Source: Octopus sinensis (lineage: Eukaryota). Taken from it: a DNA stretch of 64,000 bases. Below are positions 40,120-53,102 of the stretch, piece after piece (the first letter of the stretch is position 1; each line of letters begins with the position of its first letter). The translations under genes were made by a program, and so were the position numbers. The stretch spans positions 23,188,001 to 23,252,000 of the forward strand of contig NC_043015.1 of the NCBI RefSeq assembly GCF_006345805.1. The letters run 5' to 3'. The notes beneath the pieces are model-generated. The model saw nothing but the letters and a program-made list of their open reading frames with translations, did no database searches and had not been told where the DNA came from.

Positions 40120-40199
40120 AGAGAGATGAAACTTACTTGGAAAAGGATGCTTGTCGTTTGATCATATAATATTATAAATAATATATATAAATATATGCA

Positions 40200-40471
40200 T
40201 ATATACATACATATATGTACATACCTACAAATATATGTATATATACATGTATATATGGGTACAGGACATCAAAAAAGAACGTTGAACACAATGAGAAACG
40301 AAGATATAAAAACAAAAACATAGAAACGAACATTTTTTCAAACAACGAAAACAGAGAAACGAGACATGCAACATAAATAATATTCTCCAACTCGTATTTT
40401 GTTGTCCTGTACCCATATATGCATGTATATATACCTATATTTGTAGGTATGTACATATATGTATGTATATA
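40200..40471. repeat. 69-bp inverted repeat enclosing a truncated family C fragment
   Basis: 40200-40268 matches the reverse complement of 40403-40471 with two mismatches. Confidence 0.9.
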
Positions 40472-40494
40472 CTCTTTTACTCTTTTTACTCTTT

Positions 40495-40881
40495 TACTTG
40501 TTTCAGTCATTTGACTGCGGCCATGCTGGAGCACCGCCTTTAGTCGAGCAAATCGACCCCGGGACTTATTCTTTGTAAGCCCAGTACTTATTCTATCGGT
40601 CTCTTTTGCCGAACCGCTAAGTGACGGGGACGTAAACACACCAGCATCGGTTATCAAGCGATGTTGGGGGGACAAACACAGACACACAAACACACACACA
40701 TATATATATACATATATACGACGGGCTTCTTTCAGTTTCCATCTACCAAATCCACTCACAAGGCTTTGGTCGGCCCGAGGCTATAGCAGAAAACAGTAGC
40801 CCAAGATGCCACGCAGTGGGACTGAACCCGGAACCATGTGGTTGGTTAGCAAGCTACTTACCACACAGCCACTCCCGCGCC
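40495..40881 (-). mobile_element. Near full-length tRNA-derived SINE (family 1) with an internal CA/TA microsatellite
   Basis: Minus-strand head GGCGCGGGAGTGGCTGTGTGGTAAG (A box) and GGTTCAGTCCC (B box), plus a conserved 3' body. Confidence 0.9.
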
Positions 40882-41677
40882 TATATTTATGCATATATTT
40901 ATATATATTACATATATATATGTATATACATAAAGAGAAAGGGAGAGAGAGAGAGAGAGAGAGAGAGCCTGATACGGGCCTGGTGTGACCACGCAACAAT
41001 CGGAGTTTAATGTGAATAAAAGTAAGAGCTGGAATTGAAGCGAAAGAATATTCACACGCCGTGTGCATCCCTTAAGTTACATACATACTTATTGTGGAAT
41101 AAAAAGTGAGCACTTTTGCTACACGTCTAAGTCTTTCGTTTTCAAAGAATGCAAGAAATACCAAGAATGTAAATAGCTGTAGAGAACATGAATTTGGTAA
41201 AACATAGAAACTGTGGCTTAATCAAAGTTGAAGTAAATGTTATCAATGCCAGGATGATAGTTCAGTGTTTGAATGGAGAATAATCCCGGAGCCTGCAGTA
41301 ATCACGTTTAAAATACTAAGTTACAAATAAGTAAATAGTTTGTATCAGCACTATTGTGGGATGCGCGAAAATATTGGTTCGCCGTCTTTAACGATAGAAC
41401 TAACGCGGAGGGGTTAAGGCTTATGCATATTTACATAAATACATACATCACACACATATATATATATATGTGTGTGTGTTGTGTGTGTGTGTGTGTGTGT
41501 GCATGTCTATATGTATATATATATGTACGTATATATATATATTTATATATATATATACATACATATATGCATATATATATACAAATATACACACACGTAT
41601 ATATATATTTTTTTTTCTTGAAGTTTTAGCTGTGAGCTGTGGCCATGTTGATGCACCGCTTCTGCTATAGAGAAGCG

Positions 41678-41718
<41 letters not shown>

Positions 41719-42477
41719 TATATATATATATATATATAATATATAATAATATATACATATATATATATGCATACATATACATACATAACGTATGTTTGTA
41801 GTTCACACTCACACACATAGATACGTGTATGCACGCGCGCGAGCGTGTGTGCGTGCGTGCGTGCGTGTGGACAGGTATTACAAGTACTATACGTGTGTGT
41901 TTCATTAAACTCTAATGAGTTCCTGAGTGTGATGCTAATTGTTCAGGTGCAATGTATTATTTTAACTGTTAATAACTAATTCAAATCATGTTATAATTTC
42001 CACAATTAAATTTTCGAGTTATTTAATTAGAAATATCATTAACATCTTATTCAGGATTCATTTAGTTATTGCATTTATTCAATTTATTCTTGTTAATTCA
42101 TAAGCGGTCACATGAATTTCGTCTCTGATTTCCTTACCATCCAGATTAATACGAACACAAACGCTTGATTCACTTTCTTGCATGGTCACCCGTTTGCGAA
42201 CTCATACGATGTTACGCAGAACATGCATATAACAAATACTTAAACACATAGACTGGGGAGGAGTAAGAGAGGAAGAGAGAGAGGTAAAGGCATAGTCACA
42301 TGAATGTTAAATTTCTAGATTCTGGAGATTACTCACTCAATCATAGGCACACACGCTAACGCACACACTCATACATGCATATATATATATATATATATAT
42401 AGTTTTTCAATGACTGAAATAACAATTCATTGAAATACGACATTCATGTGAAGCAACCTATATATAATATATATATA

Positions 42478-42534
<57 letters not shown>

Positions 42535-43818
42535 ATATATATATATATATTAGGTTGTTTAACATGAAACGCATTTTAATGACGTGTTATTTCAGCCATT
42601 GAAAAACTCAGTTATTGTATACTTTGCATTTAATCTTGACACTTTTTCTTTCCCAAAAATATTGGTAAACAAAATTCGTACCCGCAGACCTTATCAAAAT
42701 GATAACAACCAAACTATGTTGATTTTTTCGCATGTGTACAAACTGGTTCATTCTATAGCGGAAGCTGTACGGCATATCAGTCGGGCCTCTGGTAATGGTT
42801 TTGTTGATTTTCAGAACCCATTGACCATAGGGACGATTACCCCAATAATAAATTGTGTATCACTGACGGTGCACCGCCATGCACCTGAAACTCGCATCTA
42901 CCATTTCTGACACCAAGACAAAAAACTCATATTCTATCAACTTGCAGTATTCATCAAAAGAAAGATCGTACTACCCTTTGGTGCCTTGTTAATGGATTTC
43001 AAGTCCCTGACAAACTGCCACCTATGTATACCACATTAGGATTGGCACCATTTTAACACTGCCGCCCATACAGATTACAGCTCCATCGAGGCTGATAATC
43101 CAACCTAGCCTCAGCAAATTTTAATCCCTCTACCACCAAGTCTGGTTAATCATACGGAAAGTTTGATGCTACTACAATACTAGCCCTCCACGGTACGTAA
43201 CGAAACTCGGGTCTGCCATGTGTAACAAAAAAGGCGACAAAATGAGATGGTTAAGTAAACCAATCCACGGCTTCAAGACATGGTGGTGACAGCGCTCCCT
43301 GCCTGCACTCTGTAGGTGACATGAGCCTAAGAACAATGACAGATATGCATATAGCTTCCAGAGCAATATCACAGTGGGATGCGAAATATGCAAGAGCAGC
43401 TTCACAACTATAAGCTATCATGGATTTCTCTCATAATCTACTACGCCCCATCTTCCTATTATGTTCTCTTACTTTCTCTCTCTCTTGATGCCTAATGTGT
43501 TAGTTCGTTTTACGAGCCTACGAAACTTCGAAGACACTGTCAATACTATTCTTCTTACAGAATAATGAAGATATATATATATATGTATGTGTGTTTTTGC
43601 GCGTACACATACACACAGAGAAAAGGGGACAGATACTTATATACATGCATACCTACATACATAGATACATACGTACAGATTGCAAATCACAAATTCACAC
43701 TCCAGCTTTCTTTAATTTGATACGAAATACGAAATTGAATTAATATAACGTGCCTATTCTATTATCATATTTTATATACTGAAGAATTCAAATTGTAGGA
43801 AACCATCTAAATAGTTTA

Positions 43819-43852
<34 letters not shown>

Positions 43853-43876
43853 ATCTATATATATATATATATATAT

Positions 43877-43916
<40 letters not shown>

Positions 43917-43919
<3 letters not shown>

Positions 43920-44130
43920 AAGAGGTTACGAAAAAAACAAAAGACGAAGACAGGTGGTGTACAAAACAAACAGATGTATTATTATAACGCTCAGGAATAG
44001 AAAAAGTCTTTTACGTTTCGAGGCTACGCTCTTCTACAGAAAGGGACACAGAAAAAGCAAGGAGAGAAACAAGGAGTGAAAAAAATGTGTGTAGTGGCTA
44101 ACGATCTATCATGGCGACCAGTGCCGGACA
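43917..44130 (-). mobile_element. Family A element, copy 4 (hammerhead-like motif at 44007-44044)
   Basis: CCTTT-CTGTAGA-A-GAGC-GTAG-CCTC-GAA-ACGT-A-AAAGA. (TA)n lies on both sides. Confidence 0.8.
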
Positions 44131-44156
44131 TATACATATATATATATTATATAATA

Positions 44157-44247
<91 letters not shown>

Positions 44248-44414
44248 TATATATGTATATATATACCTGCGTTCACATATAAATCAATACATTTTTCTAA
44301 TATACATACACAGATAGAATGGATTCCACTCTGAAATCAATTCAATGTATGAAATGTATGATCCATTGCCAATGTCATGTACGATATTTCAAAGGTGAAA
44401 TGGAGTTTGCATCT

Positions 44415-44830
44415 TAAGCATTTGGTTCCAGGCTCAGGTATACTTCGTCGCAATTTGGGTGTCGTCTGTTATAGAACCTGGACGACCAGAGCCAAGTAAT
44501 TTAGTCTTGTAGACGGTAACTAAAAGAAGCTCGGCATAGATGTACGTATTTATATATGAGTATGTGTATGCGAATTTATGTGTGGTGTGCGTGCGTAAGT
44601 GTGTGTGTATGTGTGTGTGTGTATGTGAATGAGTCTTTATGTGTATGCTTGTCCCCTTAGAGTACTAGTGTCGATATCATCACCTCATAACCTAGCGGTT
44701 CGGCAAAAGAGAATATATACCAGGCTCAGAAAACGAATTACATTCGTGGGTGATGAGGATATCTTCAAGAAAACCATTCAAAGTCGAGCCCCGGCAGTCC
44801 AATGGCAAAAGCAAATCAAAGAAAAAATAT
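44415..44830 (+). mobile_element. Degenerate SINE (family 1)
   Basis: Decayed head (gtagacggtaactaaaagaagc), a TG microsatellite, and the tail ctagcggttcggcaaaagag. Confidence 0.6.
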
Positions 44831-45692
44831 TTAAGATTTTTACGATTTCTTTTTCTTATTTTTTGCGTTTTTCAATGATTGTCGCTTAATATGTCATCTT
44901 ATTATGTCATCTATGTCGAGAAGCATTATCGGCTGTTGTTCCAAGAACAATCTTCATTTGTTGTTATTAGTACTATATGTTAGAAGTCCGATATGAAACA
45001 AATTTCTACCTCAATAACAACCATCCTGCATCGCAAATTTATATGTTCCCCTAAAATTTCTTCGTTGCTACATCTATATCACTACTGCAATAGCATCATT
45101 ATTGTCCTCAAATGTGGTGATTTTATACATATCCACATATAGGTGGTATAAACGCAATTCTATTGCACCGTTAGACAGTATTTAAAAAATTGTAACGTTT
45201 GTGAGATGAAATGCCAACAGTACATAACAAATCTAAACATAATTATAGATCATTGTATGTATAACAAATATTTTCAGTCAATTCGGTTATTTTCATTTGC
45301 CGAAAATATGTTCTTAATGGAGGCAACACTGGCGAAAAATGTAAAGAGAAAAACAACGCTATAAATACTTAATTAATATATTCACAGAGAGAATATGTAG
45401 CTACTGAACGGATTGACATATGACTAGTCAACAGATTGACATTGCAGCCACGCTCCTCACACGAGACAAATCACCTAGGAGTTCTAAATATGCTTCAGCT
45501 TAAAGAATCTTGTGATGCAAAGTAATTTATTCTACGTACCTTATTGCACAATTTCCTCCATTCGGAGTATAGTTAAGTTTATCTAAATATAAATATTTTA
45601 CATACATACACCAGTATACATACATATCCATACGCGTACGCACACACGCGCATCTCTCTCTCTCTCTCTCTGTCTCTCTCTCACTCTCTCAC

Positions 45693-45767
<75 letters not shown>

Positions 45768-45794
45768 ATATGTGACAATTATTCGGTAGCTAAG

Positions 45795-45853
45795 ATAAAA
45801 CTCTGAGTTTCGGATGCCGAGGTGGAAATCCACACCACCATCTCTTCAGTTAT
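45795..45853 (-). ncRNA. Second, antisense copy of the same hammerhead-like ribozyme
   Basis: Minus strand reads ATAA-CTGAAGA-GATG...CATC-C-GAA-ACT-CAG-AGT-T-TTAT, with a 4-bp stem I. Confidence 0.65.
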
Positions 45854-45857
45854 GGCC

Positions 45858-45921
45858 GGATAACTGAAGAGATGGGGGGTGTGGATTTCCACCTCGGCAT
45901 TCGAAACTCACAGTTTTATCT
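45858..45921 (+). ncRNA. Type I hammerhead-like ribozyme with a canonical core
   Basis: GGATAA-CTGAAGA-G...(long bulged stem II, inner GTGG/CCAC)...C-GAA-ACT-CAC-AGT-T-TTATCT. Predicted site GUU. Confidence 0.75.
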
Positions 45922-46036
45922 TGGCTACCGAATAATTGTCACATATTATATTTACAGATAACTTCCTCTATTTACATAATATTGAGGTATCTTTCTTTTG
46001 TTATCTTACCGTTTTTAGCAATATATATATATATAT

Positions 46037-46313
46037 AAGGTGATTGAAATCAAAATAAGCAACAAGGATATCCAGAGGTAATGCTGTACGAACGTTTCAT
46101 GCGACTCCATTTATTTGAACAATGCAATCATTTCATTACATCAATTTAAATGATTGCATTTTTTAATTAAACGGTGTCGCATGAAACGATCGTACTGCAT
46201 TACCTCTGATTATGATTGTTGCTTATTTTGATTTTAATCATCTTATTTTGAAATTGTAAGAATAATACCATGCTAAATACCGGTGCCTCAACTTAAGTAC
46301 CATGGTCATCTGA
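46037..46313. mobile_element. Head-to-head imperfect palindrome (arms 46037-46133 and 46148-46244) of family D, between TA tracts
   Basis: Both arms carry only the 3' half of the hammerhead (GAA-ACGWTCGT-A). Homologous to 21430-21520. Confidence 0.8.
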
Positions 46314-46451
46314 ATATATATACATATATGAAATAATAAATGGAGTTTAACGCAGGTGTAAATATTTTTTTTTTACTTTCAACACATGTTAATTGTTAAC
46401 AAGTTAAAAATACACTCATCTATCTATCTATTTATCTATCTATATATCTAA

Positions 46452-46534
<83 letters not shown>

Positions 46535-46990
46535 ATATATGAGATATAATACAGTTTAAGTGAAGCAAGCATTAGTAATTCTACGGCTAGTAAAAATAAT
46601 GATTGTCATCACCAAAGATTTTATGTGAAATATCTTCCTCTAGTTATTGTGCTAGCGGAACTTTTGCTTGGAAGCCGCAAACACTACAAGGAGAAGGACA
46701 ATTATCTACAGGAAGCCTCCATCATAATGGTACGAAAAGTACAAGAAACTTTTTATGTGAAGTATATGTAAAATTGTGAAACATTCTGTTGAATGATATT
46801 TGAGCTAGCATAGACACTCAAGCTGTATGATTGTCAGAAAATGAAAGCCCCAAGAGAAAACATAAGAAATATAATCATACCTATTAACAAATATATACAT
46901 AGATTTGAGCAATAGCAACATATCAGAAATAATACATAAAAGACTACACACACACACACACACACATGCACATGTATGTATGTTTGTGCT

Positions 46991-47053
<63 letters not shown>

Positions 47054-47070
47054 CATATATGTATATATAC

Positions 47071-47101
<31 letters not shown>

Positions 47102-47908
47102 TGTATGCATGTATATATACACGACACACACATATATATATACATGTCTGTGTGTGTTTGTATGTATAAACAAGAACTGGACGCGGAAGAAAGAACACAT
47201 AAGAAAAAAGACGAGCTTTTACACACAAATAAATGCAATCAAACAAAATCTACGAAAGACAATACGTGTTAACCCTGGCAATACAATAAAGTTAGAACAT
47301 CGGAAGCCTCCATAGATAAAGGACCAGTGAGCAACGAGAATGAAATCCCTTTGAGAGAGAAAATACAAAAGAAATCTCAAAAGTGAGACCAAATGAAAGC
47401 ACCTGGGAAATCATGAGAGCAAATATATACAGGTATCAGTAAATAGAATATTATCACGCATCAAAAGAGAAAAAGCAGAATCATGAATGAAGATAATCTA
47501 ATAGGAAGAAACAATATAAGAGAAACACTGGGAATAAGAAAACAGAGTAAGTTGGCTCAAAGGAAGTAATCCCCGAGTTGGAAATAAAATCCAAATACAA
47601 GAAAATGTCATATGTAAGTTGATCCGAGAAATCACGTCGCTAAATTACCTGAAGAAATTTCCGAGTACACGAGGGAGCCTCGACTTGGTTGCTTAATCTA
47701 GTAAAAAGTGCAGTGATGTTTTCCTCACATTACATCTTAATAAAATTTAATACACTTCAGAACATTCCTGCCGACTAGTTTCTTGATCTTACAGACGACA
47801 TAGAATGCTAAAGTAACAGTTCGCTTGTATTCGTGAATAACTAATACGTGTATCTTACCAGAATAAAAAAGGAAAATATTTTAAAGAGTTTAAGAATTAA
47901 ATGATGTA

Positions 47909-48799
47909 TCAGGCTGAGTTAAAGGTAAGCAACGTTTCGAAACATGAAATTCATCACAATATATTTCAACAATGCGGACATTTTATTCATCAAAGTAAGT
48001 ACCATTACAATCAACACCTTATTGCCAACGAGTTACAAGTTGGTTTATTCCGGTAGCATAAAAATCTGGGCGTCTGGAGCTAATGAACTCTTCGAACGCA
48101 CTTTCAGCATCGGTTTAATTTTTCGACTCCTTCTCTCAGAGGAGACCATCAAAGTGCTTCAAAAAGTGATAGTTGGTAGAAAGGTCGGGAGAATAAGCTG
48201 GGTGAGGAAGAACTTCTGGAACGTCATTAGTGAAAAGTCTCTTCGAGCATTGTCGTTAAGAATGATTGGCCCTCTTCTGCTGGCCAGTCTAGGACAGAGG
48301 AGTAGCAGTCTTTCGTCCATTTTGGTAATTTCATGGCCACATATTGCTGCAGTAATGTTTTTTATTTTCGTTTTTGATTTTCCGATCGCATACAAATGGT
48401 TGCTGGCAGTTTTCTAACTTGAAGAATGTTTGCCAGTTCTCGGCGACGACCTTAAATTGATTGTCATCGATAACAATGGGCATCCACTACGCTCACGATT
48501 TCCAAGGCTCAAGTCTCCACTGTGAAATCGTTTGAACCATTTTGGAGCTGACCACTCACTGGTTGTTTCCTCACTAACCTTTTTGCTGATATCGCGTGCA
48601 GTTTCAGCTGATTTAAGTAACTTTTTTGAAGTTGAATAGCAAAAGTATTCGAATAACGCGCTTTGACAGTTCCATTTCAGATGATTGTAACAACAGTGAA
48701 AAAATATCAATGTTAATTCATTGATGTATTTGAGAAAGTCTATTTCTGTATAATCAGTCAACTTGGTTCGAAACGTTGCTTACGTTTTACTCAACCTGA
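47909..48799 (-). mobile_element. Internally deleted mariner (DD34D-type) with both TIRs and a TA target-site duplication
   Basis: TIRs TCAGGYTGAGTWAAASGTAAGCAACGTTTCGAA lie at both ends, flanked by TA (47907-08 and 48800-01). Remnant motifs are AETARDI, KWFKRFHSGD, NDNAR and PAYSPDLS..YHF. Confidence 0.9.
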
Positions 48800-51054
48800 T
48801 ATTTTCTTGCCCAATATAGAACTTCCTTAGTCCGCAATACTCATATAATGTTGCACACCACTAGCAGCGAGTGGTATCACCTGCTTTACGAAGCACTACA
48901 CTAGGATCGTATTAATAAGCGAATGCAAGTTAGTTGAGAAAAATTGTACAATTCTCAGTGCTAATATATCCTTATACATTACTTTTTTCCCCTTTTAAAA
49001 TATTTGATTAGAATTAAGAATGAAGACCCAAACTATACGAGTAAATAGTTTCGTCGGTGACATCGCTCTCCTCTTTGTGGGGAACTGAAAGAAATGCAAC
49101 GTACAAGGAAATAAATTTTGTCACACTTCTTGATATTTAATCAGTGGCTTATATAGATGTATTTCACGAAAAACCTGTATTAGACCACGTCATGATGTTC
49201 ACATGCTGGAGAAATTGTTTAGAAAATTGTTGCTCATCTCTCAGCAAAATCTTCCTCAGAAGAGATGCAATAAATGTCATTTAAACTCTCTTAAGGCATA
49301 CTGAATTATAATAACAGTAAACAGACGATGCTATCATACCCTCATGCACGATGTGTATCTTAAAAATTGGAGAACAAGTAGTTACTATTATAATACTGTT
49401 AAATATAGATCACTGTTGATATTGTGCAATATTAAACAACACTACTTAACCTATTGCTTCCTCGATTACTTATTGGACATTCTTAATTGATTTTATAGAA
49501 ATACATATAAATATTATGTATTAACTCCTTTACCAACAATATTTACAACTGCAAAGTAATGTTGTAATATTTGATAACATTATTAATACTTTATAATAAT
49601 TATTTAGGAGAAGAGCAAGATGTTTTGACAGGGTAAGGGATCACGATAATAGAATGAAGTACTAAAGTTTTTTTTAAGATTAGGAATACGTAACAACAAA
49701 AGGCGGACATGTCGGGAAAGTGATTCCAAAAGATCTACTCAATCAGAACGAATATATCGATAGGTAGATAGACTATGCTTCAGCAAGTATTGGCAAACTC
49801 GAGGGAGTTTCAGCTTGTTAGTTCCTAATCTGCTAATATTTGCAGCTATGTCTCTTTCAACCCGTTCAAAAAGCAAGATAAATTGGATAATATCTGTCCA
49901 CTATATAACAACATAAAAGAAAATAAGGCCATGGTTTAATGCCTCTTATCCGATGTCAGTTTGATCTGGGTTGAGACTACGCAAAGCATCGATAAACTGA
50001 AAACTGTTAATAAGTAAACCCTGATTGAGCTGTGATAACAAAAAAGAAAAACATTGTTTTATGAAAGCTTACAAAAATATCAAATATTAGAAAAAACAGT
50101 TTTTAAATAAATGGATTCACAATCATATAAATCAGGGAGTTAGGACAAACCATGCAAATTATGCTGAAGTTAACGTGATATTCATAAGATATATGACAGA
50201 AAAATAAAGACTAAAAAAAAGAAAACAAAAACGAAGCGCAGAGTAAGTCAAACAACAATAAATGAAGTATAACAAAAACAAAACGTACTGTATGGCAGAA
50301 GCAAGCTTTTATGTCTAGAGTAGTCTAAACTGAACACATATGCTACAACGTCAACATGATGAATGTGTAATTAAATGAAGTGTAATGCCGTCAGAAAAGA
50401 ATGAAAATAAAACTGTATATCACATTCTGTTGCAAAACCATAATCCTAAAGCTGATATTGGTAGGGTATAATTTTCTCATGCACAACGTGTCATAGATTC
50501 ATTATAAATATAGCCCAATTACAAGCTAACTATTCAGTTTACAAAAGAAGAAAGAAAAAAAAGCTGGTTTAGCAGCATCGAAACAGAGAATTATTAAGTA
50601 ATAAGAAAGTGAAAAAGAAAATAATACAGCCTTCACGTAAATATTTTTTTTCAAAATAAATGTTCCCAAGATGTAATCTCTCTTTTTTTTATCAATATAG
50701 CGTTCCTCACCTAATCACGTACAAATCATCATGTAACTCGACTGTGGACAAAATTTTGGTGGAGAAGAATATAAAAAGGGGGAAACGGGAGCATATTAAG
50801 AAGAAAAGGAATGTATGTTGAGAATGGAAGGGGAAAAAAGAAGGATATCAATTTTCTCATTGAATACTGACATCGTCAATGACACACATTTATACATGAA
50901 ACCGGCATATACGTTAATATGCGAACACAACACATGCTCACATATGTGTGTGTGTATGTATGCATATGTCTATGTATGTGCATGCATGTGTGCGTGTGCG
51001 TATATACACATGCATTCATACATGCATATACATATATATATACATTTATATATA

Positions 51055-51433
51055 TACTAGCAGTATCGCCCGGCGTTGCTCAGGTTTGTAAGGGAAATAA
51101 CTATAAAGCATTTTTAGAGAGTTATAGCCAAAAAATAGCAAAAAAATGGAAAAAATGATGGTAAATTTTTTTTTGAGATTTAAAAAAGGTAGAGTTGCGT
51201 CCCCTAGACAGTTTGTGGTTCGTATTCCTGATTCTCGACCCCATGTCGAATTTATCGATTTTTTTCAGAACTGGGGGAACTTTTCAAAATTTTCGCTGCG
51301 TTAGTTTTGAATTATGACATTGGGCTATGTGTGTGTCAAGTTTCATCAGAATCGGTTGAAAGCCGTGGTCAGGGTGAGGGTACAAGCAAACAGACACACA
51401 GAAACACGCACAGACAAACTGCCGTTTATATAG
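51055..51433 (+). mobile_element. Non-autonomous Helitron-type element (Lep1-like architecture)
   Basis: Starts ACTAGCAGTATCGCCCGGCGTTGCTC, contains CAAGTTTCATCAGAATCGG and an ACAG/ACAC microsatellite, and ends TTTATATAG. Confidence 0.65.
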
Positions 51434-51440
51434 AGAGAGA

Positions 51441-51472
<32 letters not shown>

Positions 51473-51684
51473 CATATATATATCTACATATATGTATATA
51501 GATGTATAGATGTATATACATAAATATACGGAGGTTCAAGGTCATAGGCTGGTTATGAAGGCGTTGACGCTAGAGCTGTGAAATCTTGCTTGCATTATTT
51601 TCCGATCTTTTACTGATAATTCCATTCTTTTGCGCGTAGAACAACTCAGACTTGACCGTTCAAAGAACACTTCAAATGTAATTA

Positions 51685-52470
51685 TTAGGTCGTCAAGTAT
51701 GACATTTGTAGAAGGTGTATGATAAACTTTGAAAGCTGCTCGTTTTGCGCGACAATTATAATTAGGCAATCTTTATTTTTTGTTAGAATGCGGACAAATC
51801 TATTTCTTTATTCTAACTCATTTTGCCCTTTATGAAGTATTTATAAATCGTTTTTGCTATTTTTGTTTAGAGATGGATAAGTCAGAATTTCGTACAGTTA
51901 TGAAATATGAGATCTTGGAAAATACAGCATCACAGACAGTTCGGAATATTAATGTCGTATTTCATTCTAATGTTATTACAGCAGAGAGTATCAAATTCTT
52001 TTGCAAAATTTTATTCTGGTAACTTTGACCTCACAAATGAGCAACGCAGTCGACCAGAAAGAAAGGTAGATAATGACGAACTGAAAACCACCGTCAAATC
52101 AGATCCATCTCAAAGTGCTCGTGAATTATCGCTGTTGTTTGGTATTAGCAAGCAAACAATATTGACTCACCTAGTTCAAATCGGTAAAGCGAAAACGTTG
52201 GATAAGTGGGTTCCACATGAACGCAATGAAAATCAAGAACAGCAACGTTTGCAAGCCTGCATTATGCTATTGTCTCGTCACAAAAATTGAGTCATTTTTT
52301 AATCGAAATGTAACATGATGAGAAATGGATGCAATACAACAACCGGTTTACGGTTGTTGTATTGCATCCATTTCTCATCATGAACACAATGGTTGGACAA
52401 AGTCAAGAGACCAAACTGCAGACAAAAAGCAAAATTCCTCTAAAGAATCTGATGGTGTGTATTTGGTGGT
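51685..52470 (+). mobile_element. Decayed mariner, 5' two-thirds of the transposase
   Basis: TA-TTAGGTCGTC is a TIR-like start. ATG at 51873 gives MDKSEFRTVMKYE...GNFDLTNEQRSRP...LDKWVPHE...DEKW, and the match ends at MVCIWW. Confidence 0.85.
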
Positions 52471-52471
52471 G

Positions 52472-52731
52472 AATTCCGCTGTTTCCGTGGAAGCAATTTC
52501 AACTGTTAGTTGACGAAATGGGTGGAAGAGAAGAAAGCTAATGCGTTGAACGTACGTGCGTGTATGTAAAATATTTCGTTATATCTATATTCCACAACAC
52601 AGAAATACATAAAAACAGAACAGGCACAGACAAGAAGAAGCAAGCACGCACGTACAACGCATTAACTTTTTTCTCCTCCTCCCATTTCGTCAACTGACAG
52701 TTGACACTATCTCCACGGGAACAGCCGAATT
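52472..52731. mobile_element. MITE-like element with roughly 90-bp imperfect terminal inverted repeats
   Basis: 52472-52562 is an imperfect reverse complement of 52645-52731. Each arm contains the hairpin TCAACTGTYAGTTGA. Confidence 0.7.
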
Positions 52732-52991
52732 GAAGTGTTTTGATTGTTTTGAGTCATATCGAAAGAATACCTTATATATATATATATATATATCCGAGTG
52801 TTTGAACAAAATATAAACATCAGCGCTCAGCCAGTTTTAATTAAATAACAATAGATTTGGCATTTCCACGTGACAATATGATTACTTATTCAGAATGAGA
52901 GCAGACAAAATTAAGTTGCGTGCTTTCCCAGCCACAAAGTTAGGAGCCCTAGAAGTTTGTGTGTATGTACATATGTATGTGCGTGTACATA

Positions 52992-53036
<45 letters not shown>

Positions 53037-53071
53037 CTATTCCTTTCTTTCAGTATATATATATGTATGTG

Positions 53072-53102
<31 letters not shown>

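Larger units (their letters stand above)
45763..46020. mobile_element. Head-to-head palindromic element (arms 45763-45853 and 45860-45951) between TA tracts (family F)
   Basis: The arms differ by about four substitutions and one indel, and the centre is GGCCGG. The right arm continues about 70 bp to the next (TA)n. Confidence 0.85.

Noticed and set aside
42600-43430. GC-richer stretch, possibly an old LINE
   Set aside because: No convincing endonuclease or RT motif in the translations I tried.
47170-47620. A-rich stretch resembling LINE ORF2
   Set aside because: Only compositional similarity, with no motif.
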